From contig LSSJ01000038.1 in the NCBI GenBank assembly GCA_001595785.1, positions 3,020 to 67,019 of the forward strand: a stretch of DNA of 64,000 nt, read 5' to 3'. The notes beneath the pieces are model-generated. The model was not told where the DNA came from, did not search any database, and saw only the letters and a program-made list of their open reading frames with translations. This document shows positions 1 through 10,054 of this stretch, piece after piece; position 1 is the first letter of the stretch, and each line of letters begins with the position of its first letter. Source of the stretch: Euryarchaeota archaeon SM23-78 (lineage in GTDB: Archaea > Nanobdellota > Nanobdellia > Woesearchaeales > SM23-78). A program made the position numbers and the translations under genes.

Positions 1-147
1 AAGAATATAACCCTAATAAATGCTTCTTGTTGGACAGATATTACAGAGGACCAAGAGAAAAGAGGGCTTGAACCCCAACCAGCCAAGATTCCTTTAATTA
101 ATCTTAAAACAAGAGAGGTCAAGATAATTAATTTTTTGAAAGAATAA
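1..147 (+). CDS. 3' end of a gene cut by the window edge (48 codons); function unassigned
   Basis: Frame 1 is open from base 1 to TAA at 145-147 (...KIPLINLKTREVKIINFLKE*), 20 nt upstream of the DP2 start. It is too short for the ORF track. The position directly upstream of DP2 makes a PolD small-subunit tail possible, but that is a guess. Confidence 0.3.
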   Translation, partial: KNITLINASCWTDITEDQEKRGLEPQPAKIPLINLKTREVKIINFLKE

Positions 148-167
148 AAGCAAAAAAACACAGGAAA

Positions 168-3100
168 ATGAAAAAATACTTTGAGCAACTAGAAAAAGCA
201 ACCTTGGAAGCATACAAAATAGCTTCAAAGGCAAGAAGCAAAGGATATGACCCTAGTACCAAGCCAGAGGTTGTGCTGGCAAAGAACCTTGCTGAAAGAG
301 TAATTGGTCTTATAAGCGTGGTTGCTCCTCAACTACAAGGCTCGGGGGCCATTAAGAGGCTTGATGAACTAGAAAAAAAGTATGGGATGCTTGATTGGAG
401 GGTTGCCTTTGAAATTGCTCTTGAAGTTGCGCAGGAAAAATTTTGTAAATTTCAGGACAAAAGAGAGGCAATGGAAGTGGGGATAAGAACAGGCTTTGCC
501 TATGTTACTATGGGCGCTGTTTCAGCTCCTCTTGAAGGCTTTACAAAACTAGAGTTAAAGAAGAGGAATGATGGGAAAGGAGAATATTTCTGTATGTACT
601 TTTCAGGCCCTGTAAGAGCAGCAGGGGGCACTGCTTCTGCAGTGTGCGTTTTAATAGGAGATTATGTGAGAAAGAAGACGGGTTATGCAGAGTATGATCC
701 TACAGAAAAAGAAATCCAGAGATGCTATGCAGAACTCTCTGATTATCATGAGTATGTTACAAACCTACAGTATTACCCTTCAAAAGAAGAAACAGATTTC
801 CTTGTAAAACACGTTCCTGTTGAAATATCAGGGGACCCTTCTGAAAAATACGAAATCTCAAATGTCACTCTTAAAGACCTGCCTCGCGTAAATACAAACA
901 GGATTAGAAGCGGCTACTGCCTTGTCTATAGTGCAGGGCTGCCATTAAAAGGACCTAAGCTTTGGGCCAAACTAGAGAAATGGGGCGCAGAGACAGGGAT
1001 GGAGCACTGGTCTTTTTTAGAGGAATTTATTGAAATCCAGAAAAAGGCCAAGGCAAGAGAAGGGATTAGAGAAAAAGATGAAAAGGAAATTGGTGAGGAG
1101 GATAAAAAAGCTGAAAAAATAAAACCAGATTTCACCTATATTACAGACCTAGTTGCTGGCAGACCTGTGCTTGGGCATCCTCTTGCAAACGGAGCGTTCA
1201 GGCTTAGATATGGTCGTTCAAGAACCTCTGGCTATTCTGGCCAGAGCATTCACCCAGCCACCATGCAGGTACTTGATGACTTTATTGCAATTGCTACTCA
1301 GCTCAAGGTTGAGAGGCCTGGCAAAGCAACGGTTTTTACTTCTTGTGATTCTATTGACGGACCAATTGTTAAGTTAAGGGATGGCTCTGTTGTTTTTGTT
1401 GAAACAGAAAAACAAGCCAAGGAACTTAAAGGAGAAATTGAGGAAATCCTTTGCCTAGGCGATGTTCTTATTAATTACGGTGATTTCTTTGACAGAGCGC
1501 ACGCCCTAATACCTTCAGGTTATGTACAGGAAGAATGGGTGCTTGAATTAGAACAAGCCTGCACATATTTGTTTGGCATCTTTGACCTTGATAAAGTAAG
1601 TGAGTTGGTTGATATTAACAAGGAAAAACTAGAACTGCTCTTTAACAAACCTCTAAGAACCAAAATCTCTTTTAATGCTGCACGTGAGCTAAGCAAGAGG
1701 TTAGGAATTCCTCTTCATCCTCAACACATCTTTTATTGGAACAGCATCACACCAAAGCAGTTAAAAGATTTGGTTAAATGGTTTGCACAACACGCAGAAA
1801 TTACTAAGGAAGAAAAGAACACCAAAATTATTCTTCCTAAAGCAGAGGAGAAAAGATATTTAGAGCTTATAGGCGCGCCTCATTCTCTTATTAACAACGA
1901 GTTTGTGATTGTTGAGAAGGAAAATGCAAAGGCCTTGCTTGGAAATCTGGGCGTGAATGAGAAGCAGGATTTTGAGAAAGCAGGGTTATTAATAGATGAG
2001 CGTCTTAAAAACAAAAAAGAAAATAAGATAACAACCCTTGAGTTGATAAACCAGCTTAGTGACTTGGAAATAAGAGATAAAGGCGGCTGTTTTATTGGTT
2101 CAAGAATGGGCAGACCTGAAAAAGCCAAGATGAGAAAGCTAACAGGCAGCCCCCATGTATTATTTCCTGTGGGAAAAGAAGGAGGCAAGTTCAGGTCTTT
2201 TCAGTCAGCCCTTGAAAAAGGAGAGATAAACGCGCAATTCGCATCTTATTACTGCAAGCGTTGTCAAAAAGAGACTGTTTTCAGTGTTTGTGAGATATGT
2301 GATAAGCCAGCAGAGCAAATGAATCATTGCCAGAAATGCGGGTTTTTAAGTAAATTAGTGAAAGAAGTTGTAGAGAAAGACATTAATGGTAATGAAAGAA
2401 AATATCATTTTGTTAGTGGAGAAAAATGTTATGAAAAGTTATTGCCTTACAAGACAACAACCTTTAACATAAAAGAAAGCTTTCCCTTGCTCCTTAAAAA
2501 ATTAGGCACAAACATCTTCCCAGACTTAATAAAAGGCGTGCGAGGCACCAGTAACAAAGAGCACATCTCAGAGAATTTGATTAAAGGAATCCTGCGGGCC
2601 AAGCACAAAATCTATGTTAATAAAGACGGCACAATAAGATATGACTGCTCTGAAATACCCTTAACTCATTTCAAACCAAAAGAAGCAGCTGTGAGTGTTG
2701 AAAAGCTTAAAGAACTTGGATATTCTCAAGATATCCACGGTAATGCGCTTGTTTCAGAGGAGCAGATACTTGAGCTAAAACCCCAAGATATTCTTCTGCC
2801 CTGCAGTCCTGTTTCTCCTGAGGAACCTGCAAATGAGATTCTGTTCAGAACCGCCTGTTTTATTGATGAGTTACTGGCAAAGCTTTATGACATGAAACCC
2901 TTTTATTCTATGAAAACAAAAGAAGACCTTATAGGTCATCTGGCTGTGGGGCTTGCGCCTCACACCTCTGCAGGCATCCTGTGCAGAATAATTGGCTTTT
3001 CAAAATCCCAGGGCTTTGTGGCACATCCCTATGTACATGCAGCCATGAGACGGGATTGTGATGGTGATGAGGGGTGTATTCTCCTTTTAATGGACGCCCT

Positions 3101-3824
3101 TCTCAATTTTTCAAAAAAATATCTGCCTGAGAGCAGGGGAAGCACCATGGATGCCCCTTTAGTCCTGACCTATATTCTTAATCCTTCAGAGGTTGATGAC
3201 ATGGTGTTTAACATGGATATAGTATGGAAGTATCCTCTTGAATTCTATAAAGCATGCAAAGAGTACAAAATGCCTTGGGAGGTAAAGATAAAACAGGTGA
3301 GCCACGTGCTAGGAAAACCGTTGCAATATAAGAAAATGGGATTTACGCACGACACGAATGATATTAATAAGGGCGTGCTTTGCTCTGCTTATAAACTACT
3401 GCCTAGTATGGAGGATAAATTAAAAGGGCAAATGGGCTTGGCAGAAAAGATAAGAGCAGTTGACACATCAGACGTTGCAAGATTGGTCATAGATAAACAC
3501 TTCATGAAAGATACTAAGGGTAACTTAAGGAAATTCTCGCAACAAGAGTTTAGGTGTGTTGGTTGCAATGAAAAATTCAGAAGGCCGCCTTTATCTGGTA
3601 AGTGCTCTGAGTGTGATGGCAAGATAATATTTACTGTATCTGAAGGCTTTGTGATAAAGTACTTGGAGCTAAGCATGAAGTTAGCAGAGAAGTATAATGT
3701 TCCTGTTTATATGAAGCAGAGTCTTGAACTCTTGAAGCAGAGAGTTGAGAGTGTTTTTGGCAGAGCGAAAGAGAGGCAAGAGGCTCTTGGGGCTTGGCTC
3801 ACCACCCAATCTCAAAATCAATAA
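168..3824 (+). CDS. polC: DNA polymerase II (PolD) large subunit DP2
   Basis: 1218-aa ORF with archaeal DP2 hallmarks in the translation: SRMGRPEKA motif, several CxxC zinc modules (CKRCQKE..CEIC, CQKCG, CVGCNE...CSECDG) and the acidic catalytic loop AAMRRDCDGDE. No intein-sized insertion. Confidence 0.93.
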   Translation: MKKYFEQLEKATLEAYKIASKARSKGYDPSTKPEVVLAKNLAERVIGLISVVAPQLQGSGAIKRLDELEKKYGMLDWRVAFEIALEVAQEKFCKFQDKREAMEVGIRTGFAYVTMGAVSAPLEGFTKLELKKRNDGKGEYFCMYFSGPVRAAGGTASAVCVLIGDYVRKKTGYAEYDPTEKEIQRCYAELSDYHEYVTNLQYYPSKEETDFLVKHVPVEISGDPSEKYEISNVTLKDLPRVNTNRIRSGYCLVYSAGLPLKGPKLWAKLEKWGAETGMEHWSFLEEFIEIQKKAKAREGIREKDEKEIGEEDKKAEKIKPDFTYITDLVAGRPVLGHPLANGAFRLRYGRSRTSGYSGQSIHPATMQVLDDFIAIATQLKVERPGKATVFTSCDSIDGPIVKLRDGSVVFVETEKQAKELKGEIEEILCLGDVLINYGDFFDRAHALIPSGYVQEEWVLELEQACTYLFGIFDLDKVSELVDINKEKLELLFNKPLRTKISFNAARELSKRLGIPLHPQHIFYWNSITPKQLKDLVKWFAQHAEITKEEKNTKIILPKAEEKRYLELIGAPHSLINNEFVIVEKENAKALLGNLGVNEKQDFEKAGLLIDERLKNKKENKITTLELINQLSDLEIRDKGGCFIGSRMGRPEKAKMRKLTGSPHVLFPVGKEGGKFRSFQSALEKGEINAQFASYYCKRCQKETVFSVCEICDKPAEQMNHCQKCGFLSKLVKEVVEKDINGNERKYHFVSGEKCYEKLLPYKTTTFNIKESFPLLLKKLGTNIFPDLIKGVRGTSNKEHISENLIKGILRAKHKIYVNKDGTIRYDCSEIPLTHFKPKEAAVSVEKLKELGYSQDIHGNALVSEEQILELKPQDILLPCSPVSPEEPANEILFRTACFIDELLAKLYDMKPFYSMKTKEDLIGHLAVGLAPHTSAGILCRIIGFSKSQGFVAHPYVHAAMRRDCDGDEGCILLLMDALLNFSKKYLPESRGSTMDAPLVLTYILNPSEVDDMVFNMDIVWKYPLEFYKACKEYKMPWEVKIKQVSHVLGKPLQYKKMGFTHDTNDINKGVLCSAYKLLPSMEDKLKGQMGLAEKIRAVDTSDVARLVIDKHFMKDTKGNLRKFSQQEFRCVGCNEKFRRPPLSGKCSECDGKIIFTVSEGFVIKYLELSMKLAEKYNVPVYMKQSLELLKQRVESVFGRAKERQEALGAWLTTQSQNQ

Positions 3825-4077
3825 ACCCAGCTTCCTTTATTTCTTTCTCCTCTTTTAACTCAACACCTTTAACCTTTGAATAACCAGGGTTGTCCTTACA
3901 GAAATATAGAAGTTCATAAACCTTGTTTTTATCTCCTTCAACCAGCACCTCTACTCTGCTGTCAGGAAGGTTTCTTACAAAACCCCTTAATCCAAGCTGT
4001 TTTGCTTTCTTAGCAGCGTTGTGTCTGTAAAAAACTCCCTGCACATCTCCAGAAATAAAAAAATGAAGTCTTATCAT
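3799..4077 (-). CDS. acyP: Acylphosphatase
   Basis: 92 aa. The N-terminus, ISGDVQGVFYRHNAAKKAKQLGLRGFVRNLPDSRVEV, matches the acylphosphatase signature V.G.VQGV.FR. Its 3' end overlaps the convergent DP2 3' end by 26 nt (3799-3824). Confidence 0.85.
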   Translation of the reverse strand: MIRLHFFISGDVQGVFYRHNAAKKAKQLGLRGFVRNLPDSRVEVLVEGDKNKVYELLYFCKDNPGYSKVKGVELKEEKEIKEAGFIDFEIGW

Positions 4078-4086
4078 ATTCTGTTC

Positions 4087-4497
4087 TTAAATTTTTGAAT
4101 AAACAGAATGCCTTGCGCCGCAAGCCTGGCACTTAATAAAATATACGCTCCCTTCCTTTATCATTTTAGTATCAGGCTTACCACACTCTCTGCACACCAC
4201 AAAAGTATCCGCATACCTCTGTATTTTCTCATTTATGCGGCCAGCAGGAACCTTGGTTCCTAGGAGAACGAAATGCTTCTTTATCTCGCCAGGCGCAGCC
4301 AGTTCCTTTAGCACATACTTCAACATGTGCTCTGGTTTTCTACCCAGATACTGGGCTATCTGCATGAAGTTGCTAAGAATGGTCCTGTTCCCTTGGATGT
4401 GTCCTCTAATCTTTGGGATAATAAATCTTTCAGTGCTCTGCATAGTCTCAGGCAAAGCCTTTTTTCCACGCTCCAACAATGCTTTGTAGTCTTCCAT
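4087..4497 (-). CDS. eif2b: Translation initiation factor aIF2 beta subunit
   Basis: 136 aa, with a typical aIF2-beta/eIF5 core and a C-terminal zinc ribbon, CRECGKPDT...CQACG. Confidence 0.9.
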   Translation of the reverse strand: MEDYKALLERGKKALPETMQSTERFIIPKIRGHIQGNRTILSNFMQIAQYLGRKPEHMLKYVLKELAAPGEIKKHFVLLGTKVPAGRINEKIQRYADTFVVCRECGKPDTKMIKEGSVYFIKCQACGARHSVYSKI

Positions 4498-4600
4498 GGT
4501 GGTAGGAGAAAAAAGAGTTGTATATAAAGGCTTTGTTTTAGCCGGAGTAGTTGTAGATATTTAGAAAAGAGCTTTTACGCCAAGCCCGTATTGGCGGTTG

Positions 4601-5419
4601 CTACACCAAATTTGGTGTTTTTAATTTTTCTAAGCGTTTATAACTTACAAGGTATATATTTGATGGTCCTGGGTCATAATTTTCATTAGTGCCGATTATT
4701 AATTTTTTCATTATTCCTGAAGGTTGTAAATGGCTTAACGTAACACTCTTAGCCTCTCTTAAATTCAACTTTTTTTTATATTCACATTCATAATAGCCCT
4801 TGGGTGTTAACTCAAGCGATGAGGGTACTCCAGGCCCATAAATCCAGAACATAGAGTTCTTGTGCTTATCCAAAGCAGTCTTTTCTATCTTATGTAGCTG
4901 GCACGCAGCATCTTTTTTTAATTCTAAACCTTTTTCATTTGAGACAACAAAAAGTTCTAAAACGTCATTTCTCTGAGTTGCGATTAATAAACTATAGGTT
5001 GCTTTTTGCTCTCCCATTGCTTTCAAGAACTCGATCTGAGAGTAGTTTGTGTTATTACCTATATTATCAAAAACATGGTTTAGTGCATCGAAACGAAGAG
5101 CCGAGTCTGTTGATTGTATTTTATCTTTATCACTTTCTTTTCCTTTCTCATTCTTTTTTTCTATTGACTGATGTAGAATAGCCCATTGATTCATAGAAAA
5201 CGCAAGCAAAGGGGGTTTACCACTAAAGATGCCAATATGTTTTTCTCCCTTAAAAACCTTATCTGCAAAATAAGGAAAGTCTTTTTCTGCTTCAATTGTT
5301 ATTTTTTCTAAACCAAGTTCAATCTTCCTTTCTCTATCCCAATTGCTATCAGAACCTAATAGATATCCTGCATCTTCTGTTTTTTCATCAAAAAAACTAA
5401 CTGCAAAATGTATTGTCAT
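4601..5419 (-). CDS. Hypothetical protein
   Basis: 272-aa ORF that fills its intergenic space. No family recognised. Confidence 0.5.
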   Translation of the reverse strand: MTIHFAVSFFDEKTEDAGYLLGSDSNWDRERKIELGLEKITIEAEKDFPYFADKVFKGEKHIGIFSGKPPLLAFSMNQWAILHQSIEKKNEKGKESDKDKIQSTDSALRFDALNHVFDNIGNNTNYSQIEFLKAMGEQKATYSLLIATQRNDVLELFVVSNEKGLELKKDAACQLHKIEKTALDKHKNSMFWIYGPGVPSSLELTPKGYYECEYKKKLNLREAKSVTLSHLQPSGIMKKLIIGTNENYDPGPSNIYLVSYKRLEKLKTPNLV

Positions 5420-5541
5420 GACTGGTTAAGAAAGTTACATTAACTCTTAAATCTTTCTAATAATAAGATACTCATTATTGGCTGGCAAACAAACTTCTCC
5501 CTTCCAAAAGGTTTATAAACTCAAAAGCCAGAGAATAAACC

Positions 5542-6399
5542 ATGGTGCTTGAATCCCTAATCACTCCTTTTAAAGCAGAGCAAAGACCTTCAAGACTCTT
5601 ATTATTAGGAGCGGTCTTTAGCAGTGCGTCCATTATTCTTAGTCTGTGGATTTTTAAGGCACAGGCAAGCCTGATAATGGTGTTCTTAACAGCAATGGCA
5701 GCCCTGCCCTTAATATTTAACACTATTAAGATGGAGGAAGAGAAAGACCTTGAAGGCATGGAAGAGAAATGGTTGTTAAAAGAGCACAGCAAAGCCTTAA
5801 GGGCTTTTATCTTCTTATTCATAGGAGCAACCATTGCCTTTGCTTTCTGGTATGTTGTTGTATCCTCAAGCACAGTTAGTATTCTTTTTCAGACTCAAAC
5901 AGCCACTATTAATGCCATTAATAGCAAAGTAACAGCCCACCTTAGTTTTACTGCTAACATGAGTTATTTCTCTAAGATATTCCTTAATAATGTAAAGGTG
6001 CTTATCTTCTGCATATTATTCTCATTCATCTATGGCTCAGGAGCAATCTTTATTCTTACCTGGAACGCCTCTGTTATAGGCACAGCCATAGGTTACTCCA
6101 TAAGGTCAGGAATTGCAAACGCAGCCACACTTGTAGGCTTTGAGAGAATAGCGCATTATTTCCAAGTTATTAGTATTGGACTGCTAAGGTATGCTGTTCA
6201 TGGTGTGCCTGAGATTCTAGCCTACTTTGTAGGAGGTCTTGCCGGGGGAATTATTGGTATTGCTGTTATTAAGCATGACTTTGGAACAACCAAGTTTGAA
6301 CACATCTTATTAGATTCAGCAGATTTGTTGTTATTAAGTTTAGGAATATTATTTATAGCGGCGCTGTTAGAAGTGTTTGTTACGCCAGCGATGTTCTGA
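5542..6399 (+). CDS. SpoIIM/DUF95-like integral membrane protein
   Basis: 285 aa and multi-TM. The segment NNVKVLIFCILFSFIYGSGAIFILTWNASVIGTAIG resembles the SpoIIM family core. Confidence 0.55.
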   Translation: MVLESLITPFKAEQRPSRLLLLGAVFSSASIILSLWIFKAQASLIMVFLTAMAALPLIFNTIKMEEEKDLEGMEEKWLLKEHSKALRAFIFLFIGATIAFAFWYVVVSSSTVSILFQTQTATINAINSKVTAHLSFTANMSYFSKIFLNNVKVLIFCILFSFIYGSGAIFILTWNASVIGTAIGYSIRSGIANAATLVGFERIAHYFQVISIGLLRYAVHGVPEILAYFVGGLAGGIIGIAVIKHDFGTTKFEHILLDSADLLLLSLGILFIAALLEVFVTPAMF

Positions 6400-6403
6400 G
6401 AGG

Positions 6404-6420
6404 CCTGGTCGGCGCATACT
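6404..6420 (+). repeat. Post-stop intergenic motif, family A copy 1 (CCTGGTCGGCGCATACT)
   Basis: Starts 5 nt after the stop at 6397-6399. It shares the GGTCGGCGCA core with the copies at 7738-7768, 13118-13149 and 13573-13603. Confidence 0.6.
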
Positions 6421-6535
6421 TCCTCCTTCGAAACTTTTTTATAGTATCAAATCTGTGTAATGCTTATTGTTGTATCTTGTCAACTTTATATTATGCTTAT
6501 ATTGCTCTTTTGGAGCAGGATTAAAGGAGATATTA

Positions 6536-7720
6536 ATGAACCTTATACTCTTTTTAGCACTGGTTTTTCTGGTAACCTTTATTATAGGGAGATTACTGGA
6601 AAAGATTCGCGTTCCATGGATTTTCTCTGCTCTTCTTATTGGCCTGGGCTTAGCTGCTTATAATCCTTTCCCAGAGGTTACTTCCTCTTCTTCTTTTGGT
6701 TTTCTGGCAGAACTAGGGATGATTTTTCTTCTTTTCATAATCGGTTTTGAGCTTAATGTTAAGAGGATTTTCCAACAGAAAGGATTTATTTTCAAGACTA
6801 CCTTTGCTGTTATTGCTGCAGAGGCTATTGTTGGCGGTTTCATAATTCATTATGTCTTTGATACTCCTTGGCTGATTGCATTTCTTGTAGCTTCTTCTTT
6901 CGCAACTGTTGGTGAGGCTGTTTTATTACCTATTCTAGATGAGTTCAAGCTGGTTAAGACCAGGCTTGGGCAGACCATACTAGGGGTGGGTGTTTTGGAT
7001 GATATTATTGAGGTAATCACCATCATTGTTGCTGTCGCATTTATTGGCAGATCAGCTGGCCATGCTCATTTCAATATAGGGCTTAACCTTCTTATTCTGC
7101 TTCTCCTTTTTGGTCTGGTATTTATTTTTGTTGGCTTGCAGAAGAAAATCCATTCTTTTAAGTTCAAGGACATCCCTTCTTTTTTCCTCTTTATAATCTT
7201 CTTCATATTTCTTTTTGTAGGAATTGGAAAGTATGTTGAGTCAGTAGCATTGGGGGCTCTTCTTGCAGGCATTGCCTTGAGAAATATTGTTCCTCAGGAT
7301 AAATTAAGATTCATTGATTCTGAAATTAAAACAATGGCTTATGGATTCTTTGCTCCAATATTTTTTCTTTGGGTGGGCATTAGTACTGATGTAAATTATC
7401 TTTTTAAATTTCCATTCTTGGTCCTGCTCATTATAGCAATGACAAATATTACCAAGATACTTACTAGCTACTTTGTTGGCAGAAAGGTTTTGGGATGGCG
7501 AAAATCAATAGTGTTGGGCATAAGCCTTTCAGTGAAGTTCAGCACCAGCATTGTTATTATTAAACTCTTGTTTGAGAACGGGCTTATTCAATCAAGCCTT
7601 TATTCTGTTCTGATAGGCACGACTATTGCTTTTAAGTTTGTGGTTCCTTTCCTTTTGTCATATTTTATTAATGTATGGAGGATAGGGTTTTCAAGGATTA
7701 AGTCAAAACAGGCTGTGTGA
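6536..7720 (+). CDS. Cation:proton antiporter (Na+/H+ exchanger, CPA family)
   Basis: The ORF track starts at 6467, but ATG 6536 is preceded by AGGAGA and gives MNLILFLALVFLVTFIIGRLLEKIRVPWIFSALLIGLGL, a typical CPA2/Kef-NapA N-terminus. About 12 TM segments. Confidence 0.8.
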   Translation: MNLILFLALVFLVTFIIGRLLEKIRVPWIFSALLIGLGLAAYNPFPEVTSSSSFGFLAELGMIFLLFIIGFELNVKRIFQQKGFIFKTTFAVIAAEAIVGGFIIHYVFDTPWLIAFLVASSFATVGEAVLLPILDEFKLVKTRLGQTILGVGVLDDIIEVITIIVAVAFIGRSAGHAHFNIGLNLLILLLLFGLVFIFVGLQKKIHSFKFKDIPSFFLFIIFFIFLFVGIGKYVESVALGALLAGIALRNIVPQDKLRFIDSEIKTMAYGFFAPIFFLWVGISTDVNYLFKFPFLVLLIIAMTNITKILTSYFVGRKVLGWRKSIVLGISLSVKFSTSIVIIKLLFENGLIQSSLYSVLIGTTIAFKFVVPFLLSYFINVWRIGFSRIKSKQAV

Positions 7721-7737
7721 ATTGATGAGCCTCTTTA

Positions 7738-7768
7738 CCAACTTTCTTTCAGTTCCTGGTCGGCGCAG
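7738..7768 (+). repeat. Post-stop intergenic motif, family A copy 2
   Basis: CCAACTTTCTTTCAGTTCCTGGTCGGCGCAG, 18 nt after the stop at 7720. Confidence 0.6.
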
Positions 7769-7832
7769 TTTTTTACTTATTTGAGTTCTCAAACCGAAAC
7801 ATTATTTAATCTTTTATATATACCTTGTCAAA

Positions 7833-8267
7833 ATGCAAGTTAAGTATCATGATGTTTTGAAAAAAATAAAAAAGATGTATATCCAGTCTGATGACCCCAA
7901 ACAAATCGATAAGATTTGTTCTTTAATTATTAGCAGGAACGAGAATCCTGAGTTACTCATTACTCATGATGCCTTGAAAAATTTAATTGCTGTTTATCTG
8001 AATCATTCTGTGCATTACAAAAAGTTTGAAGATTATCTTAAAGAACTTCTTGGCTTTATTTTTAGAGAAACACAAGAACAAGAGAGGTGCCTGAACTGCA
8101 ATAACTTATTATTCAGGGCTTTTGCTTCCAAGCAAAACATATATGCATACTCAAAAATACATTTCTTTGATGCTTACTGCTTGAACTGTGCAAAAACACA
8201 CCATATAAGCGCAGAAGGAGAACAAAAAGAAATAAGAGGCTCAAATGGGTTTGAGTATGTTCATTGA
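7833..8267 (+). CDS. Hypothetical protein with a possible CxxC...CxxC zinc site
   Basis: 144-aa ORF containing CLNCNN and CLNCAK pairs. No family recognised. Confidence 0.45.
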   Translation: MQVKYHDVLKKIKKMYIQSDDPKQIDKICSLIISRNENPELLITHDALKNLIAVYLNHSVHYKKFEDYLKELLGFIFRETQEQERCLNCNNLLFRAFASKQNIYAYSKIHFFDAYCLNCAKTHHISAEGEQKEIRGSNGFEYVH

Positions 8268-8287
8268 TGTTTCCGGTTAGTGCATTC

Positions 8288-8563
8288 TCATAATTCAAAC
8301 TCATCTATAAATCCAAGAATTAGCTTGTACTTTTCTAAGTATTTGAATCCTTTATCTGTTAAGGTTATATATTTTCTTCCTTTTTTATTAGTGATTTCTT
8401 TTACAAATTCTTTTTTTAGAAGTTCATTCAAGTAATCAAAGAAACTCTGGGATGAAAGGTTTGAGTACCTAAGTAGTGGCGTAGGCTTGATAGAGTTATG
8501 TTGACTCTGAATTATTCTTAAAATATCGTAGATTACTTCTAAGCGCTCTCTTTTTTTAGTCAT
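8288..8563 (-). CDS. Winged-helix DNA-binding protein (small archaeal transcriptional regulator type)
   Basis: The ORF track extends to 8689, but the internal ATG at 8563 (MTKKRERLEVIYDILRII...) forms an ATGA start/stop overlap with the upstream membrane-protein gene. The body, PTPLLRYSNLSSQSFFDYLNELLKKEFV...GRKYITLTDKGFKYL, looks like a wHTH. Confidence 0.6.
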   Translation of the reverse strand: MTKKRERLEVIYDILRIIQSQHNSIKPTPLLRYSNLSSQSFFDYLNELLKKEFVKEITNKKGRKYITLTDKGFKYLEKYKLILGFIDEFEL

Positions 8564-9225
8564 TTTGTCCACTTGCTTACTCTGAAATAAATGATTGCGA
8601 AGAGGATGATTGATATTAATGGCGACAGCATTCTTAGTCCAAAGGGCAGGAACCAGATTGGGCCTAGCACAGATATGTTGAATATCCATATTATGAATAA
8701 CAAGATGTAAATAATAAACAACCGGGAATGCTTTTTGGATTTCTTATAACTAAAGTAGCTCATAATAACTGCAAACACCAACAAGATTAGTTGTGCTATT
8801 GTTAGGATTTCAGGCGTTCTAAACACAGCCACCAGCACTGCTATTATGATTGCAATTCCTTGGGCAACTTGTAGAAGTGGTTTATCCTTGGTTTTCTTCC
8901 ATAACGTGCTTAGCACTAAGAAGAATATTGCCATGGTGCTCAGATAACTTGTTAATACCAGGGATGCAGGAGCAATTATTTGCCTTGAAATATTGATATC
9001 AAAAAGAAACCTGCTTATTCTGAATAAATGAAATACAAACCTAAAAAAATATGCCAATCCAAAGAATAAGAATGCATTTCTGAAGTAATTTATTCCTCTG
9101 TGTTTTGTCAATGCATACATTTCTTTTGTCCTGAAATAGATTAATAAGGCCAGCAGTATTACAATAGCTGAAAAAATCAGTTCAATCACCAGAAAGTTTG
9201 GGTCCATAAATGGGGGTCTTGCCAT
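8560..9225 (-). CDS. Polytopic membrane protein, unknown function
   Basis: 221 aa with about 6 hydrophobic segments. Translationally coupled to the wHTH gene by a 4-nt overlap. Confidence 0.6.
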   Translation of the reverse strand: MARPPFMDPNFLVIELIFSAIVILLALLIYFRTKEMYALTKHRGINYFRNAFLFFGLAYFFRFVFHLFRISRFLFDINISRQIIAPASLVLTSYLSTMAIFFLVLSTLWKKTKDKPLLQVAQGIAIIIAVLVAVFRTPEILTIAQLILLVFAVIMSYFSYKKSKKHSRLFIIYILLFIIWIFNISVLGPIWFLPFGLRMLSPLISIILFAIIYFRVSKWTK

Positions 9226-9295
9226 ATTATCACCTTTGCTAATTCTGGTTTCTATTTAAAGTTTTATAAAAAATGTGGACTTACAGTCCATTTTC

Positions 9296-9303
9296 TTTAT
9301 AAA
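9296..9303 (+). promoter_or_regulatory. Candidate TATA box (TTTATAAA) for the ABC export operon
   Basis: Lies 26 nt upstream of ATG 9329, which fits an archaeal leaderless or short-leader transcript. Confidence 0.3.
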
Positions 9304-9328
9304 TGGTTTCTGATAGATTGTTTGAAGT

Positions 9329-10054
9329 ATGAAAAAAGAACCCCTTGTTGTACTTAAGGATGTGTGGAAGATTTATCAGATGGGAGAGGTAAAGGTTCCT
9401 GCCCTTAGGGGGATTACCTTAAATATTAACAAGGGAGATTTTGTTGCTATTATTGGTGCTTCTGGAAGCGGCAAATCAACCATGATGAACTTGGTTGGTT
9501 GCTTGGATATGCCTACAAAAGGAAAAATCTTTTTAAAATCAAGGGATATAAGCAAGTTAAAAGAATCTGACCTAGCATCTTTAAGAGGAATCACAATTGG
9601 TTTTATCTTTCAACTGTATAACTTAATACCAACTATGGATGCATTTTCGAATGTTCTTCTGCCTTTGGAATTACAGGAGATTCCTGATAGAATTGCTGTG
9701 CAAAGAGCAAGAGAAGTTCTAAACCTGGTGGGGCTTGGAGATAAGATGAATAATCTTCCTACCCAGCTTTCTGGAGGTGAGCAGCAAAGAGTATCAATTG
9801 CCAGATCTTTGGTTGGTGACCCAGAGATTATTCTTGCTGATGAAATTACGGGCGCCCTTGATAGTGTTACTGGTAAAGAGATTATGCAAATTCTTTACAA
9901 GTTATGGAAGGAAAAAGGAAAAACAATCCTTCTAGTCACTCATGATTTAAAGCTTGCATTATATGCCCATACTCTTGTTGAATTAAAGGATGGCAAAATA
10001 CTTAGTGTTAAACAAAAGGGTAATATGAAGGAATTTAAGAGTGTTAGAAAATGA
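9329..10054 (+). CDS. ABC transporter ATP-binding protein (MacB/LolD-like)
   Basis: Walker A GASGSGKST, signature LSGGEQQRV and Walker B ILADE are all present. Confidence 0.9.
   Translation: MKKEPLVVLKDVWKIYQMGEVKVPALRGITLNINKGDFVAIIGASGSGKSTMMNLVGCLDMPTKGKIFLKSRDISKLKESDLASLRGITIGFIFQLYNLIPTMDAFSNVLLPLELQEIPDRIAVQRAREVLNLVGLGDKMNNLPTQLSGGEQQRVSIARSLVGDPEIILADEITGALDSVTGKEIMQILYKLWKEKGKTILLVTHDLKLALYAHTLVELKDGKILSVKQKGNMKEFKSVRK

Noticed and set aside
4601-5419. The MT-IHFAVSF N-terminus might indicate an Ntn-hydrolase or proteasome-like protein (Thr after the initiator Met).
   Set aside because: The only evidence is a single N-terminal residue pattern. No other proteasome or HslV motifs were recognisable, so it is left as hypothetical.
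8288-8689. The full 133-aa version of the wHTH ORF starts at 8689.
   Set aside because: The first 42 codons overlap the upstream membrane-protein gene in another frame. The internal ATG at 8563 gives a compact wHTH and a classic ATGA coupling junction.
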